NCBI RefSeq assembly: GCF_001447785.1
Contig: NW_015173680.1
Coordinates: 998,686 to 1,062,685, forward strand
Length of the DNA: 64,000 bases
Reading direction: 5' to 3'
DNA from: Gekko japonicus
Lineage: Eukaryota
The position numbers were made by a program, and so were the translations under genes. The notes under the pieces are model-generated. The model was not told the origin of the DNA. It saw only the letters and a list, made by a program, of their open reading frames with translations, and made no database searches. Numbering within the stretch: position 1 is the stretch's first letter; each line of letters starts with the position of its first letter. Positions 25,301-50,780 of the stretch are shown in pieces.

Positions 25301-28107
25301 CTCTTTCATCCCCTCCCTGTCCCCTCTTTCTGGATGCTCAGTATAATAAGAGCAGGAGGAAACAATGAGGTCAGGTGCTCGAATGCTTTGCCATTAGTGG
25401 ATTTAATGATCCATCTCTTGACCATCTTTTTTTCTGTCCCTTTGAGTATAAAATAGGTCAAACCTTAATCCTGCTGTTGGGGAGCTCCACTTCCTTTTGA
25501 AACAAAACTAGAAACAAATTAGTCAAATCTCTACTGCAGGGATGATCCAAGTCCATATTCAATAAGAGGGACAATCTCTTCTCCTCCTCTGGGGATAACG
25601 CTACTTCTAGACTGTAGGATGCTGAAAGAGATTCTGGGAATCTCATGATACCATAAGGCTAATATAATTTAAGACGACCAGTGATCCATCTAGTTCCGCA
25701 TCCTGTTTAGCAGCCAGCAAACAGGGCACAGAGGGCACAGGCTTTCCTCTGATGTTGCTTTCTAGCACAGGTATGCAGAAGTACACTGTTTCCCAATGTG
25801 CAAGTTGCCGTTGGTTGTTGTGGCTAATCTCTTTTCCCCTTTTAAAGCCATCCATGTTCGAGGCATGTCTACTGGCAGCAAATTTCACAATTTAATTAAT
25901 GGTTCAGTAAAGAAATACTTACTTTTGTCCATTCTGAATCTTTCGCTTATGTGCTTCATTAGGTGCCCTGAATTTTGGTATTATGGGAGACAAAGTTCTA
26001 TTCGCATTTTCCAGCCCATGCTTATGACAATTGAGTGCCAGCAGTCTAGTAGCCTTTCGCTTTTTCTGTTGCAGGCACATTCTTGCTGGAAGAGGAAGGG
26101 TTAGACAAAACCCATACAGGTGAGAGAATTCCTGGCATCTTATAAGTAGCAAGTGTGGGACCATGGTACTTGTGAGATCCCCCCTTCACTCCAGGCCCAG
26201 CAAAACGTAGGGCCTTCGCCAGGCTGCACAGCCACTGCTGCCAGGCCCAGCAGGGCTCCCAGGCTGTGCAGCTGCTACTGAGCCCAACACGACTCATGGG
26301 CTGCACTATTGCTGGTGGCCGCCACTGCCAGGCCTAGCGAGGCTGTGCAGCTGCCCCCACTGCTGAATTCAGCATGGCTCCCTGTCCAGCCAACAAACGC
26401 TACTTAACTTTTGGAGGAATTGCTCCCCCCATATAGTTTTTTTTTAATATTTCTGATTTATTTATTTTTTTTTGCAAACTTGGGGAGTCCTCCCAGTTTG
26501 CTGAAAAATCTGTTTAGTGTCTGTGTGGCCCTGATCCGTGGAATTAGCTATCTGCAGATGGGGGCCACATGCCACTGATAGTATATAGATTTACATGTAT
26601 ATATGGTTTGTATCTCTTGAAGAGGATACTTCACTCTGGAGTTATATGTGTGTAGTAGCAACAATCACCCAGATTTTCATCCAGTCAGAAATCATACAAA
26701 TTAAATTTGATTATGTCTGATTGATTTGCATAATTGTACTTCTGAAGTAAGCCTTTCCAAAATAGGCTTTTGTGAAGTACTTGGTGGCAGGCAGGTAAGA
26801 AAGGGTGCATTGATTGGAACCCTGTGGTGCTGAGTGATGTGTACTAGCCAATCTTGAAACGTTTATTTTCCCTCTTATGGACCCTCTTTTCCAGTGCAAA
26901 ACCCTCACTATCCTCTCCAGCATGGAAGATACAGTGCAGACAGACAGTCCAGTCAGAACTTCTATTGATGGGCTGACAACAGAATTCTTAAGAGTGAAAG
27001 ATGCAAAATTTTGTGCCAGATACTAGTTTTCAAGGTTGTGTAGCAGAACCTAGGCATGCCAAATATACTCGGCCAGGCAAAGCTCACTTTGCACTTTTCT
27101 GAGATGACTGGAAGATAGCGCAGTATCTGTTATATCAGTGCAAAGAACTGCAGATTGTAACTTCTGCCTCTTGCCTGAGTAAAGACACTGATGTTCAATG
27201 ACATTCCCCCTGCCACAGGTCAGAAAACGTACCCCAAACAATATATGGTGCCAAACAATATTTTTATTTTCTCTAATCACTGAAGGCCTTGACCTGGATA
27301 GCCCAGACTAGCCCAATCTTGTCAGATCTTGGAAGCTAAGCAGGGGTGGCCCTGGGCTAGTATTTGGATGGGAGAACACCAACGAATACCCGGGTCATAA
27401 TGCGGAGTCAGGCATTGGCAGACCACCTCTGAAGGTCTCTTGCCTTGAGAACCCTATGGGTTACCATAAGTCTGCTATGATTTGACAGCAGAAAAACAAC
27501 AACAAATCTCTGAGGAGTAGCCCCTCTAGTAACTGGGAGTCTTGTTCCATTTAGTGTAGATTTGTGCAGCTCCTTCCTGTGCTTGGATCTATATCTGCAG
27601 CTGCCAGGAGTGGTCTGAGTGAAACTCTTTGTTTATTTATGACTCGCCTTTCTCTCTGAAAGTTAGAACTGCCTTAGCAGCCTTTCCCCCCCCTCAAAGC
27701 CTTGAAGTGTTGTTGAAAAGTGCTCTGTTCAAGTGCAAAAAAGCTTATGGAACAGCCTCGAGGCTCCTTCTTAACTTACAGTGTGGTCTGAACTTCTCTG
27801 CCAAGTCCTTCAAGACCTAGTTGTCTACACTCTGAAGCTTTGTGGCTTCTCTTTCAGAAGAACTACCCAGAACCAGAACACCTGTTACGACAGTCAGTCT
27901 GTTTACAGTCCTTCGCACCCCCCTGCACCTCACGCCACCCAGCAAAGATGGAATCGCAGTAGAAGACCCAACAGCCAGCAGTTTGATTCATCTTACCAGC
28001 CCCATTTCCAGGAATGTGAACCTTCTTTTCCAGTGCAAAACCATCATGATCCTCTCCAGCATGGAAGATATAGTGCACACAGACAGTCCAGTCATAACTT
28101 CTATTGA
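10003..28107 (+). CDS. DUSP11: Dual specificity phosphatase 11 (RNA 5'-triphosphatase PIR1); span of 9 predicted coding exons, 846 nt, about 281 aa
   Basis: Spliced translation MGKKSKTSIPER/WTEYLPLGKRMPGTRFIAFKVPLQK/SFE...LGLIIDLTYTTRYY.../LIGVHCTHGVNRTGYLICR/YLIDVEG... matches DUSP11 and includes the HCX5R loop. Confidence 0.95.
10835..11120 (-). mobile_element. tRNA-derived SINE (Squam3-like)
   Basis: Reverse complement of the tttggtgtagt.gtta...aatctggga.aactgggtttgattcc head with GAA-rich tail. Confidence 0.8.
12093..12168 (+). CDS. DUSP11: DUSP11 exon 2
   Basis: WTEYLPLGKRMPGTRFIAFKVPLQK, 76 bp. Confidence 0.95.
12930..13448 (-). mobile_element. Non-autonomous Helitron
   Basis: On minus strand: A|TC 5' end, 9-bp hairpin GCCCGTTGT/ACAACGGGC about 10 nt before CTAG|T, no TSD, internal roughly 61-bp tandem units. 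Confidence 0.8.
13613..13744 (+). CDS. DUSP11: DUSP11 exon 3
   Basis: SFEWRLAPNERFSPFDL...LGLIIDLTYTTRYYEPE, 132 bp. Confidence 0.95.
13890..14410 (-). mobile_element. CR1 LINE 3' fragment (degenerate)
   Basis: gagttggaaaaggcctt...tggtcca end; translation SNGLKVQEDRFQLHISRDLLT resembles the CR1 ORF2 tail. Confidence 0.75.
14677..14878 (-). mobile_element. 5S rRNA-derived SINE
   Basis: Reverse complement of the 5S-like head (ggtctctcatccaaatactagccagggcc..ccctgcttagcttcc). Confidence 0.8.
14880..15310 (-). mobile_element. L2 LINE fragment
   Basis: RAFSVVASIWMNGLP is typical of the L2 ORF2 C-terminus. Confidence 0.7.
16095..16218 (+). CDS. DUSP11: DUSP11 exon 4
   Basis: ELPGSVQHYKIFTVGHDVPNEETVFQF...ENQHN, 124 bp. 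Confidence 0.95.
16819..16879 (+). CDS. DUSP11: DUSP11 exon 5 (catalytic loop)
   Basis: NLIGVHCTHGVNRTGYLIC, 61 bp. Confidence 0.96.
18135..19060 (+). mobile_element. Young 5'-truncated CR1 LINE with intact ORF2 C-terminus (18135-18845)
   Basis: FNVAKCKVMHIG...RPHLEYCVQFW...LEKVQKRAT...RRLRGDMIEVYKI; 3' (TTCTTATG)n tail. Confidence 0.95.
19406..19452 (+). CDS. DUSP11: DUSP11 exon 6
   Basis: YLIDVEGMDPNMALE, 47 bp, ttaag|...|gtaagt. Confidence 0.93.
19745..19920. mobile_element. TAGGGTTGCCA-family MITE (partial)
   Basis: Similar to the copies at 32548, 57247 and 57891. Confidence 0.65.
20935..22342 (+). mobile_element. Non-autonomous L1-type retroposon, 1.4 kb
   Basis: 14-bp TSD AGAGAAGGCAAATT (20921-20934 and 22343-22356), G-rich CpG 5' end, AATAAA and A-rich 3' end. 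Confidence 0.8.
22550..22625 (+). CDS. DUSP11: DUSP11 exon 7
   Basis: FNSYRGHFIDRKNYIDDLRRGAAR, 76 bp. Confidence 0.94.
23130..24930. mobile_element. Nested cluster: L2 (minus) interrupted by a Squam3-like SINE (23331-23533 plus 24300-24352), itself split by an L2-like 3' end and an RTE-X-like fragment
   Basis: L2 motif DHITAVLFHLHWFPI...FKVLVLTFKAL; the two SINE halves are colinear; inner fragments read on the minus strand. Confidence 0.7.
23869..24299 (-). mobile_element. RTE-X-like non-LTR element, 3' end
   Basis: RRAFMLARFNVLPS...RVCGC...ETIEHVFLHCSLY (C-terminal CCHC), GCCAATAAAG and (TTGAA)n tail. Confidence 0.65.
25640..26000 (-). mobile_element. Old CR1 3' fragment
   Basis: ASNMDGFKRG motif and a 3'UTR similar to the CR1 at 18135. 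Confidence 0.65.
26075..26119 (+). CDS. DUSP11: Probable DUSP11 exon 8 (45 bp, symmetric phase 2)
   Basis: ctttttctgttgcag|...|gtgaga, open in the required phase (HILAGRGRVRQNPYR); no recognisable homology. Confidence 0.55.
26150..26589 (-). mobile_element. Non-autonomous Helitron-like element (CTTG-end family)
   Basis: 5' A|TCTATATACT..GTGGC.CCATCTGC.GATA shared with the 49268 copy; 3' CTTG. Confidence 0.65.
26885..26972 (+). repeat. Intronic duplicate of part of the DUSP11 terminal exon (about 28024-28111)
   Basis: About 88 bp colinear with roughly 6 mismatches. Confidence 0.9.
27286..27505 (+). mobile_element. 5S rRNA-derived SINE
   Basis: 5S-like head gcccaatcttgtcagatcttggaagctaagcaggg...gtatttggatgggaga, (CAA)n tail. 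Confidence 0.82.
27858..28107 (+). CDS. DUSP11: DUSP11 terminal coding exon
   Basis: ttctctttcag acceptor in phase 2, Q/H/S/P/R-rich tail typical of DUSP11 C-termini, TGA at 28105-28107, AATAAA at 28413. Confidence 0.75.
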
Positions 28108-28412
28108 TGGGAATGCAGCTGGCATGGAAGACACTAATGGAAAAACCACTCTTACCTGATCTGTTATTTACTTGTCCAGTGGTAACCTCCTGGCTGTGGC
28201 AAATCGTTGCTCAGAGACCACCAGGGATTGCCAGTTGTAAAGCCACAGATTTGAATGCAGATTTGAAGGAAAGTGAGATATTTTGGATGCTATTAAGAAC
28301 AGCAGCATGGAAGGCACAAAGATGCAGTTAATGGGTCAGAGGCTGTGGGAAGTTTTGCTAACCAAACTTCACTGAAATAGATCAGTGAGACTTTTAGAAT
28401 GTGCAGTCAGAT

Positions 28413-28418
28413 AATAAA
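28413..28418 (+). terminator. Candidate polyadenylation signal of DUSP11
   Basis: AATAAA about 300 nt after the stop, followed by T-rich sequence. Confidence 0.5.
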
Positions 28419-29450
28419 GAATATAAATCCAACCAAATGTCATATGTTTTTAATACAGTTTATATATCTACTTGGAGTGCAGTAATTGCTAACATTTAGT
28501 ATTGTTCTGGCAGCTTGTCTGCTTTTGGTTCGGTAGGTAACAGGAGGGGCAGTGCGTGGGATGGGTTGTGTGACTAAATACATAAGCCACATCAGGTATC
28601 TGTCCGTGTTGCTGCTGAATAGGATCATCACAACTGACATTTCTGTTGCATGGTGTTACCACTTTTCCAGATTGCTGAGCTGTCTCAGTGGCTGAAAGCA
28701 AGGCTTTCTTGATTCTGCATAAGCAGGAATCCTGTTTATTTATTAAAACATACTCCTTGTGGTTCAAGTGGGCTTCCAGTAATAATTTATTAACAGGAGA
28801 TGGTGCTTGTTAGGCTTTGTTTATCGGTTGTCAACCAGGCAGGACTGTGCATAAATACAGGCAGATTCTTAAGTGGCATTTACCCCCTGCTGATAAGCAG
28901 CATGTTTGTCATGCAAGGACAAAGACAAAAGTCAACACTAAACACCCAGTCAGTAATAAAAATGGACCATGTGTGACTCCATAACTTATATGCTGCATAT
29001 TTCTCCCAGCACAGTCGCAGAAATATGCTACAGTGAACCAAGCACAGCCAAGGTGTAGCAATGATGATGGCCAGGGGTTTTTAATTCCCCTCATCTGTGT
29101 ACCTATTATTGGTAGAAAGGCTTGAGTGTCCTGGAATGTAAGGAGCAAACTTGTATGCAGTGTTATGTCTCCTTGTACTTGTTTTGCAAGGTACAATGTC
29201 CTATAAAATAGTAATGTTTCCTCAAATGTGTCTGCAACTTGGCAGGGGGAAATAGCTGGAGTGAGGGCCATAATCCTTGAGTAATTAATCCCAAATGGAT
29301 CGGGGGGGGGGCTGAAAATGTTTAGTATTAAAATGAATGGGAACTAATCTTGATGTGAAAGAAACCAGTTTTTAGAAAGCAAAAATCAGGCATGGAGATT
29401 TCTTTGTTACTCCTGTAGGGTTTGCAGAGGAAACGTCTGGATGTTACATG

Positions 29451-29680
29451 AGTGATACTCATTCAGTGGCTCTTAGACATGCCACCTGTGGCTCTTCTGA
29501 GCCCTGTTCCCAATGTGGCAACTGCACTATATTTCAGGAAGGTGGGTGAAGCCACTGCCTGGTGAGGCTCATGGTTAGCAAGTGCTTCCCACCAAGAAAC
29601 ATTTGCGACTGGAAGATTGATGAGAGGGGAGCTTCCCTAAGAAGTTGGACTTCATGCCAGGGGTGCCTGTCTTCTCCAGC
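29451..29680. mobile_element. Partial hAT MITE, same family as 7889-8194
   Basis: gtgatactca.tcagtggctc...gacatgccac.tg.ggctcttctgagc.ctgt.cccaatgtggca shared. Confidence 0.65.
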
Positions 29681-30262
29681 AAATTTAAAAGGTTTGTTTA
29701 TTTACTGGATTTCTACCCTGCCCTCCCAGCCAAGGGCGACTTACATAAAATCAGTATACAATTTACAATAAAACATAAATATCGATTTAGATTAAAAGAA
29801 TTATAAAATCATTTAAACTTCACAACACAATAAAGTGCTAGTAACATTAATTTCCCGATGGCTGTGATTACTCAATCCACTCTTCTCCTAGTTGGTTCCT
29901 TGATCTTTTTAATTGTCCTTCCAGCGGCAGACTCGAGCTGTTATTAAAAGTTCTGGGGGAACAGTTATATCTTATATATATATGTGTGTGTGTGTGTTTT
30001 GTTGGGGTGGCACACAGGGTACATACTAGTTGTGGCTGTTCTGGTTGACGGTAATTGTGAATGCAGCTGTCCATGAGTTGTGAAATACTACTGAGGTAGC
30101 CTTCCTTGTAGGACTCAAATTATTTTGCACTGAAGTCACATTGTAAAGAAGTTCTGAGCCAGAACTGAGTAATAGGAATTTATTTTTGTTTGGCTTACAA
30201 GTAACTTTTTTTTTTTTAAGAAAGCAGTGTTTGAGAAACAGTCCACTCAGGAAATACTCTCC

Positions 30263-30721
30263 GGTCCCTGCCACACGGGGGGGGGGGGGAATGCGCAGAC
30301 AAATTGCGGCTTTTGAAAGCCGCACCAAAATAGGCACGCGGCAGTGGGATCACACAAATCCCGTGAGCTGCTGTGCACTTGCTCCCCGGCACAATCAGAT
30401 GCCGGGGAGACCAGGGAGAAAGCCACGAAACAGAGAGGGAGGCTGCTGAACTGCGCATGTGTGAGCATGCGCAGTTCGGCCAGGAGCCTCGGATGCACCG
30501 GCAGAAGGACGCGCCAGCGATCCCACGGCCGCGCTTGCCGCGGCCTTTCTAGTAAGTCCACCTCTAGGGGTGGTTCTTTTTTACAGCGGGTTTTCGGCCT
30601 GAAGGGCCGGATCAGGGACGGGTGCGCGCCGCTTCCCAGATGTTGCGGTGAGATTGCGCCCGTTTGTTGCGCCCCCGATCCGTCCCTCTCCCGGCCCAAA
30701 ACCTTCCGTGCGACCAGGGCC
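30263..30721. mobile_element. PIF/Harbinger-like MITE, CpG-rich
   Basis: Imperfect TIR GGTCCCTGCCACACGG / CCGTGCGACCAGGGCC, 3-bp TSD TCC, subterminal homology (inverted) to the 36844 element. Confidence 0.75.
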
Positions 30722-30909
30722 TCCATCTGTCAAAAATGAAAGCAATGCTACATGATTAAATAATTTGTAAGTTAGAAAACACATAATAATCAGGAATAGT
30801 AAAAAGACTGGACAGAAAAAGAGCCTGGTGTACAGGGTAATTCTACTTCATAGTAAGCTCAAGTGCACTTAGTTGTTTTTATTATCTTGTTTTCTGCACT
30901 GAGGTCCAC

Positions 30910-31350
30910 AGATCAACATCTCTTGATGGTCGTCAGCCCCAGGGACATCTGATTAGCCTCGACCAGGGCTAGGGCCTTCTCGGCCCTGGCCCCTGCCTGG
31001 TGGAACAAGCTCCCCTATGAGATTAGGGCCCTGCAGGACTTATTGCAGTTCTGCAGGACCTGCAAGATGGAGCTCTTCCACCGGGCATTTGGTTGAGGCA
31101 GTGGGCATCTCCCCCCCACCCCCCAACTTTTGGCCAATCATCCATCAGGGGCCTGGATCTGACTGGAGATCTGGTTAGACATCGGAGTTGATTTAACAAC
31201 TGGTTTCTCTGCTGGTATACAGTATTTTATGACATTATTCTATGTACATTTGTTATTTTAATGTTATTTTAATTGTATTATTTAATTGTTGTACACCACC
31301 CTGATCCCGTTTGGGGAGGATGATATATAAATCAAATCAATAAATAAAAA
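30910..31350 (+). mobile_element. L2-type LINE 3' end
   Basis: agggccttctcggccctggcccctgcctggtggaac (RAFSALAPAWWN), AT-rich tail. Confidence 0.75.
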
Positions 31351-32547
31351 TACTTTTTAAGATGGAATATTGGGAGAGCTGGTATGTTAAGCCAGATCCT
31401 TTGCTAAATTTTGCAGAGTGCACTGAAGTCTCAGAATGCAGCAGAGCTCCTTTGTTGAGCATATGCTTGTAAGACTACAAAGTTACACAAAGCCACTTAT
31501 CAGCTTAAAAGAAAATAACTGATTTATTTAGGAAGTACAAACTGGATAGTGCAGCTTAGAGAAAGAGACATTCTATTCCATCTAGCTAATGATAGATGTG
31601 GATGCAGAGGGGTATCTGGCGTCCATAGTGCCAAAGATGGAGAAACCTGTCCTCCCTCTTTGTGTGTGTGTGGGGGGGGGGGGCGCAGAAGGAAGCTTCC
31701 CTAAGAGTAGCAATCCACACATCAAAGGGTTCAAGTGAAACAGGAAGATACTTAGTGTCTGCCCATCTATCTGTAACTCTCTGATCCCTCATCCTTGTCC
31801 CTGGTAATTTGCTACCGGTATTTCTTCGGAATGCCTTGTTAGAATTTTGTCAAACCTACTTAAAAATTCAACAGTAAGGAAAGAATATATCCATGTCTTC
31901 TCACGTAGGCACACATCCATGTGAACGGCTGCATATGAACACCCAATGCTCCAAGAGGAGCACAGCTAGGCTTTTCACCCAGTGCAGCTGGTTTGAGGTA
32001 CATGTTGAACTGCTGATAACATTCTGAAACTGTATGCTGTTCCTAGTACACGCTTAACCAAAAATAGCATCAGTCTCTGTGGAGAACAGTTACTACAAGG
32101 CTCGGAGGAGCGGAGGAGCCTTCAGCAATGGGTGACTGTGAGGCTCAGGAGATGATTATTTTGCATGAGAAGAGGGGTTTTAATTTCCCGTCCTGGTTTT
32201 ATTCATGGAGGGAAAATGAACGCCGGGCCGGCTTCCGATCGGAACGGAAATGCGACTCCGTCGACCAGGCAAAGGACAAAAATGTAGCCGATCACCAGGC
32301 AAGTCAAAGGATACAAAGGGCATCTGCATGCAGCGGGGGGGGGGGACGGGGGGACGGACACGCTCTCTAATTCGTTCGGCGAGGCTGCAAACTGTGGGGG
32401 GTTTGTGGCGGAATGCCAAACAGCCAGCGCCAGAAAGGGTCAACTTTCAGAGGGGCATTCGAGAGTGCTATTTAAGGTTCTTGGGCACTCGGGAATGGGA
32501 AGGAGTCAGCTTCCCCCGGTTTTGCCATCGAAAGGCCGCCCCCCCCC

Positions 32548-32766
32548 CAGGGTTGCCAAGTCTGGGTTGGAAAATACCTGGAGACTTTGGGGGTGGAGCC
32601 AGGAGAGGGCGTGGTTTGGGGAGGGGAGGGGCCTCAGCATAGTACAATGCAATGGAGTCCACCCTTCAAAGCAGCCATTTTCTCCAGGGGAGCTGATCTC
32701 TGTCGGCTGGGGATCAGTGGTAAAAGCAGGAGATCCCCAGGCCCCACCTGGAGGCTGGCAACCCTA
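32548..32766. mobile_element. TAGGGTTGCCA-family MITE, full length
   Basis: TIR (C/T)AGGGTTGCCA...TGGCAACCCTA, inserted in a poly-C run. Confidence 0.85.
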
Positions 32767-33249
32767 CCCCCCCCCGCGCTGTCGGATTCGTGCGGTTGTT
32801 AACCCCATAGGTCGGCTGGCGTGATCAGCTCCTGCCCCTTTAAAAAGAAAAGCCACCAGGAGAGCGATCCGACCTCGTTTGGGCCCGATTGTTCTGCCAA
32901 TGCAGCACTGCAACGCCTTGGGAGATTGTGAAAAACACGACCTTGGATGGCAACATATGACCGTTGTAAAGTTCTCTTCCAGCTATCCGGGTCTACCAAA
33001 ATTCTATCCCGCCTGTCCTCCAAGGATTTTTAAGGCAGCGCACATGATCTCCTCCATTTTATTTGCACAACAACTCTCAGGGGTAGTGGTTAGTTAGTAT
33101 CGGGCTAGGATGATTTGGAAGCCACTTTCACCCTAATGTATGTCACAGGGTTGTTAACTGCATTAAATGGAGAAGCACAGAACAAGGTTCACCACTCTCA
33201 ACTTTTTGGATGGAAGCGAGATAAAAATGTACTCAGTAATATAATTTAT

Positions 33250-34100
33250 AAATATCCCGCACCGGGCCCCGCCTCCGAACTACCATATTAACGAGGTGCT
33301 ACATTTGTAGGGCTGTTGTAAGCCGATCAACACACACCCCTCCGGCAATTTGGGGAAAATAAGTAGGAACTGCATTTGCGTTGTATGGGAACTTTTAAAA
33401 AACTAAAAACACCCCCACATTCAGCACACAATAACTATGCTTTTGCCCCTTTTTTTCTTTTTGCCGGGACTCCTATTACACACAGACAACCACCATACTC
33501 AAGGCTCGGCATGCCACCTCTAGGCACCCGCCCTATGCGAGAGAGAAAAATTCCCAAACTAACCAGGAAGTCCCGCCTCCTAACGATGGACCCGTCAGTT
33601 CACGCTTGTTGCACTTTTAAGTCTGTCGGTATTACATTCTCTATGGAACAGATAGTATAGAGAAGCCGGAAGTCAATTGGTCCTGGAAACAGCTTCAGTT
33701 CCTTTCCTGCCCCTCTAGGGCTTCTCTGGTCTCCGCGGAGGAATCCTCGGTAGGGCTGAAGGGGAGAATTTCGATGCTGAGGCACTGTGGGTGGGACAGG
33801 CGGGTTTCCTGAGAGAAGCTCACGTTTTTCTCTCAATCGGGCAGGGAGGAGGAGAATCGCCGCCACCCACCTTCCCTCGCCCCCTCAGTCAACGAAGCCT
33901 TTGACGACCTTTCAACTGACAAGAGATTCTTTCTGTACTTCCGCCCTAGTTTCGGCGGGATCGAGGCTGAGATACAGTGACTTGTCCAAGGCTCACAGGG
34001 ACTTGTGTGTCAGAGGTGGGGCTCGGATTTTGGTTTCCTGTCTTATGGAATTTAAAGGGACTTCTGGATACAAGTGACTTCAAGGCGAAATCGCAGCTTT
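33250..34100 (+). promoter_or_regulatory. STAMBP promoter, CpG-rich region and probable non-coding exon 1 (donor near 33750)
   Basis: CpG enrichment, ETS sites CAGGAAGT near 33564 and CCGGAAGT near 33666, GC box, donor CG|GTAGGG. Confidence 0.7.
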
Positions 34101-35024
34101 TGCTCAACTTAGTTCTGCACCCAGTAAGATTGAAAGAGAAGGGCTTATAGTGTACTTCATGAAGGCCAAAGTCTGGGGACAATGTGGGTGGAGGGGAGTT
34201 TCCCACTGGTCCCTCGAGTAGCACTTAGTTTATACTGAAGAAGGTGGAGCATATTACCTCTGGACAGAGCTGGATAAAGTTGGGGCAGTGGAGGTGCTGC
34301 TACCTCCCCTTGCAGTTGTCTGCCCTTCTTTAGAGCTGGCTGTATCCTGACTCAAGAGCTGTGCGTGAAGAAGGGTGATGTACTGAATCACAGGATAACT
34401 TGAGATCTCTGGCTGTGTAACCATGAAAGCCTTTGACATACACAGATCACTTGGGTTGGGTATGCAAAGTTCTTTGAAAAAGTTACTCATTGTCACACAT
34501 GAATTATAATTCTTATGCACCCCTAAAATTCTCGTGTAAGGTAGCACCAGTTGTTATGTGTTTCGTAGAACTCTGCATCAAGATGATTGCAGTATAGGAG
34601 ATGTGTCATTCCTAGCTATATGACAGAAGGCATTTATAACATGGAATCAGGGATAGATACGTTTTTTGTACTGAAGTTCTCTTAGTGATGTTTCTTTGTT
34701 ATTTCTTTACAAGGTGATCTCCTATAATAGGTGTATGTTCCTGTTTTCCAGTTCCTGTTTTCTTGGCTATCTAGAAGTATGACGGGTTATGGGAAATGTT
34801 CCCTTTGTAGGAAAAGTTGAAGATACATGAGCTTTAGGCTCAGTTTGACCGCAGTTATGTGTTTTAAGCAGCATTATTCACTCATCCAAATATCAGATCC
34901 ACTACTTTTGAGTCCGTGAGGTTACAAGTCTTTATATTCTGAGGTCCTCTGTCTTCTGGAAATGTTCAGACAGACACTTGACTTCAATAAAGACCATATC
35001 TGTTCCTTCTACAGACTGACCCTT

Positions 35025-50134
<15,110 letters not shown>

Positions 50135-50535
50135 AGCAGATGCCTCTTGCTGTTGTCACCGGCTCACTGTCCTCCAAGTCAATTTATGGAAGATTTTCCT
50201 CCAGTAACTTATGGTCTCCTCTATGCAGCAATTCCCAGTACTAGTAATACTAGCTGTTAATATGTCAGAAATTTTGCAGTTTCTTTAATCTCTCACAGTT
50301 GTTAATTGTTGGGGAAGAAGGGGAGCAATGAATTCCAAATTCTTTCTTACACTGAAACGAATGCTAAACTTGATTAAACCAATGTCTGGTTTCTTACTGG
50401 TCAGGTATCCACTCCAGCATATTGCAAAGCAAGAAGGCAGAACCTAGCAAACAAATTAAATAATACTTAGAGGTTCTTTGCAAGACTCTGGCACTGAAAT
50501 CCTTCCGTTAGTCTTCCTTCTCCTAAATGTCTCCG

Positions 50536-50780
50536 GTTGCCCTGACCTGGATAGTCCAGGCAAGCCTGATCTTGTCAGGTCTTGAAAGCTAAGCAGGGCC
50601 GACCCTGGCAAGTACTTGGGAGGGAGACCTCCAAGGAATACCGTTGCCGGAACACAGAGGCAGGTAATATCAAGCTGCCTCTCTGGAACGTCCAAGCCCC
50701 ACTAGGGGTTGCCAGAAGTCACCGTGACTTCCAGACTTACAAGCACATACAAACCTAATACCAAAAAACCCTCCAGATTA
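50536..50780 (+). mobile_element. 5S rRNA-derived SINE just downstream of the STAMBP stop
   Basis: 5S-like head, TSD TAAATGTCTCC. Confidence 0.8.

Noticed and set aside
28108-28420. SECIS element making DUSP11 a selenoprotein
   Set aside because: By eye, no RTGA-N11/12-AA...GA stem with proper geometry was found.
31468-31800. Solo LTR
   Set aside because: The TG start and composition are suggestive, but no TSD or second copy was found.
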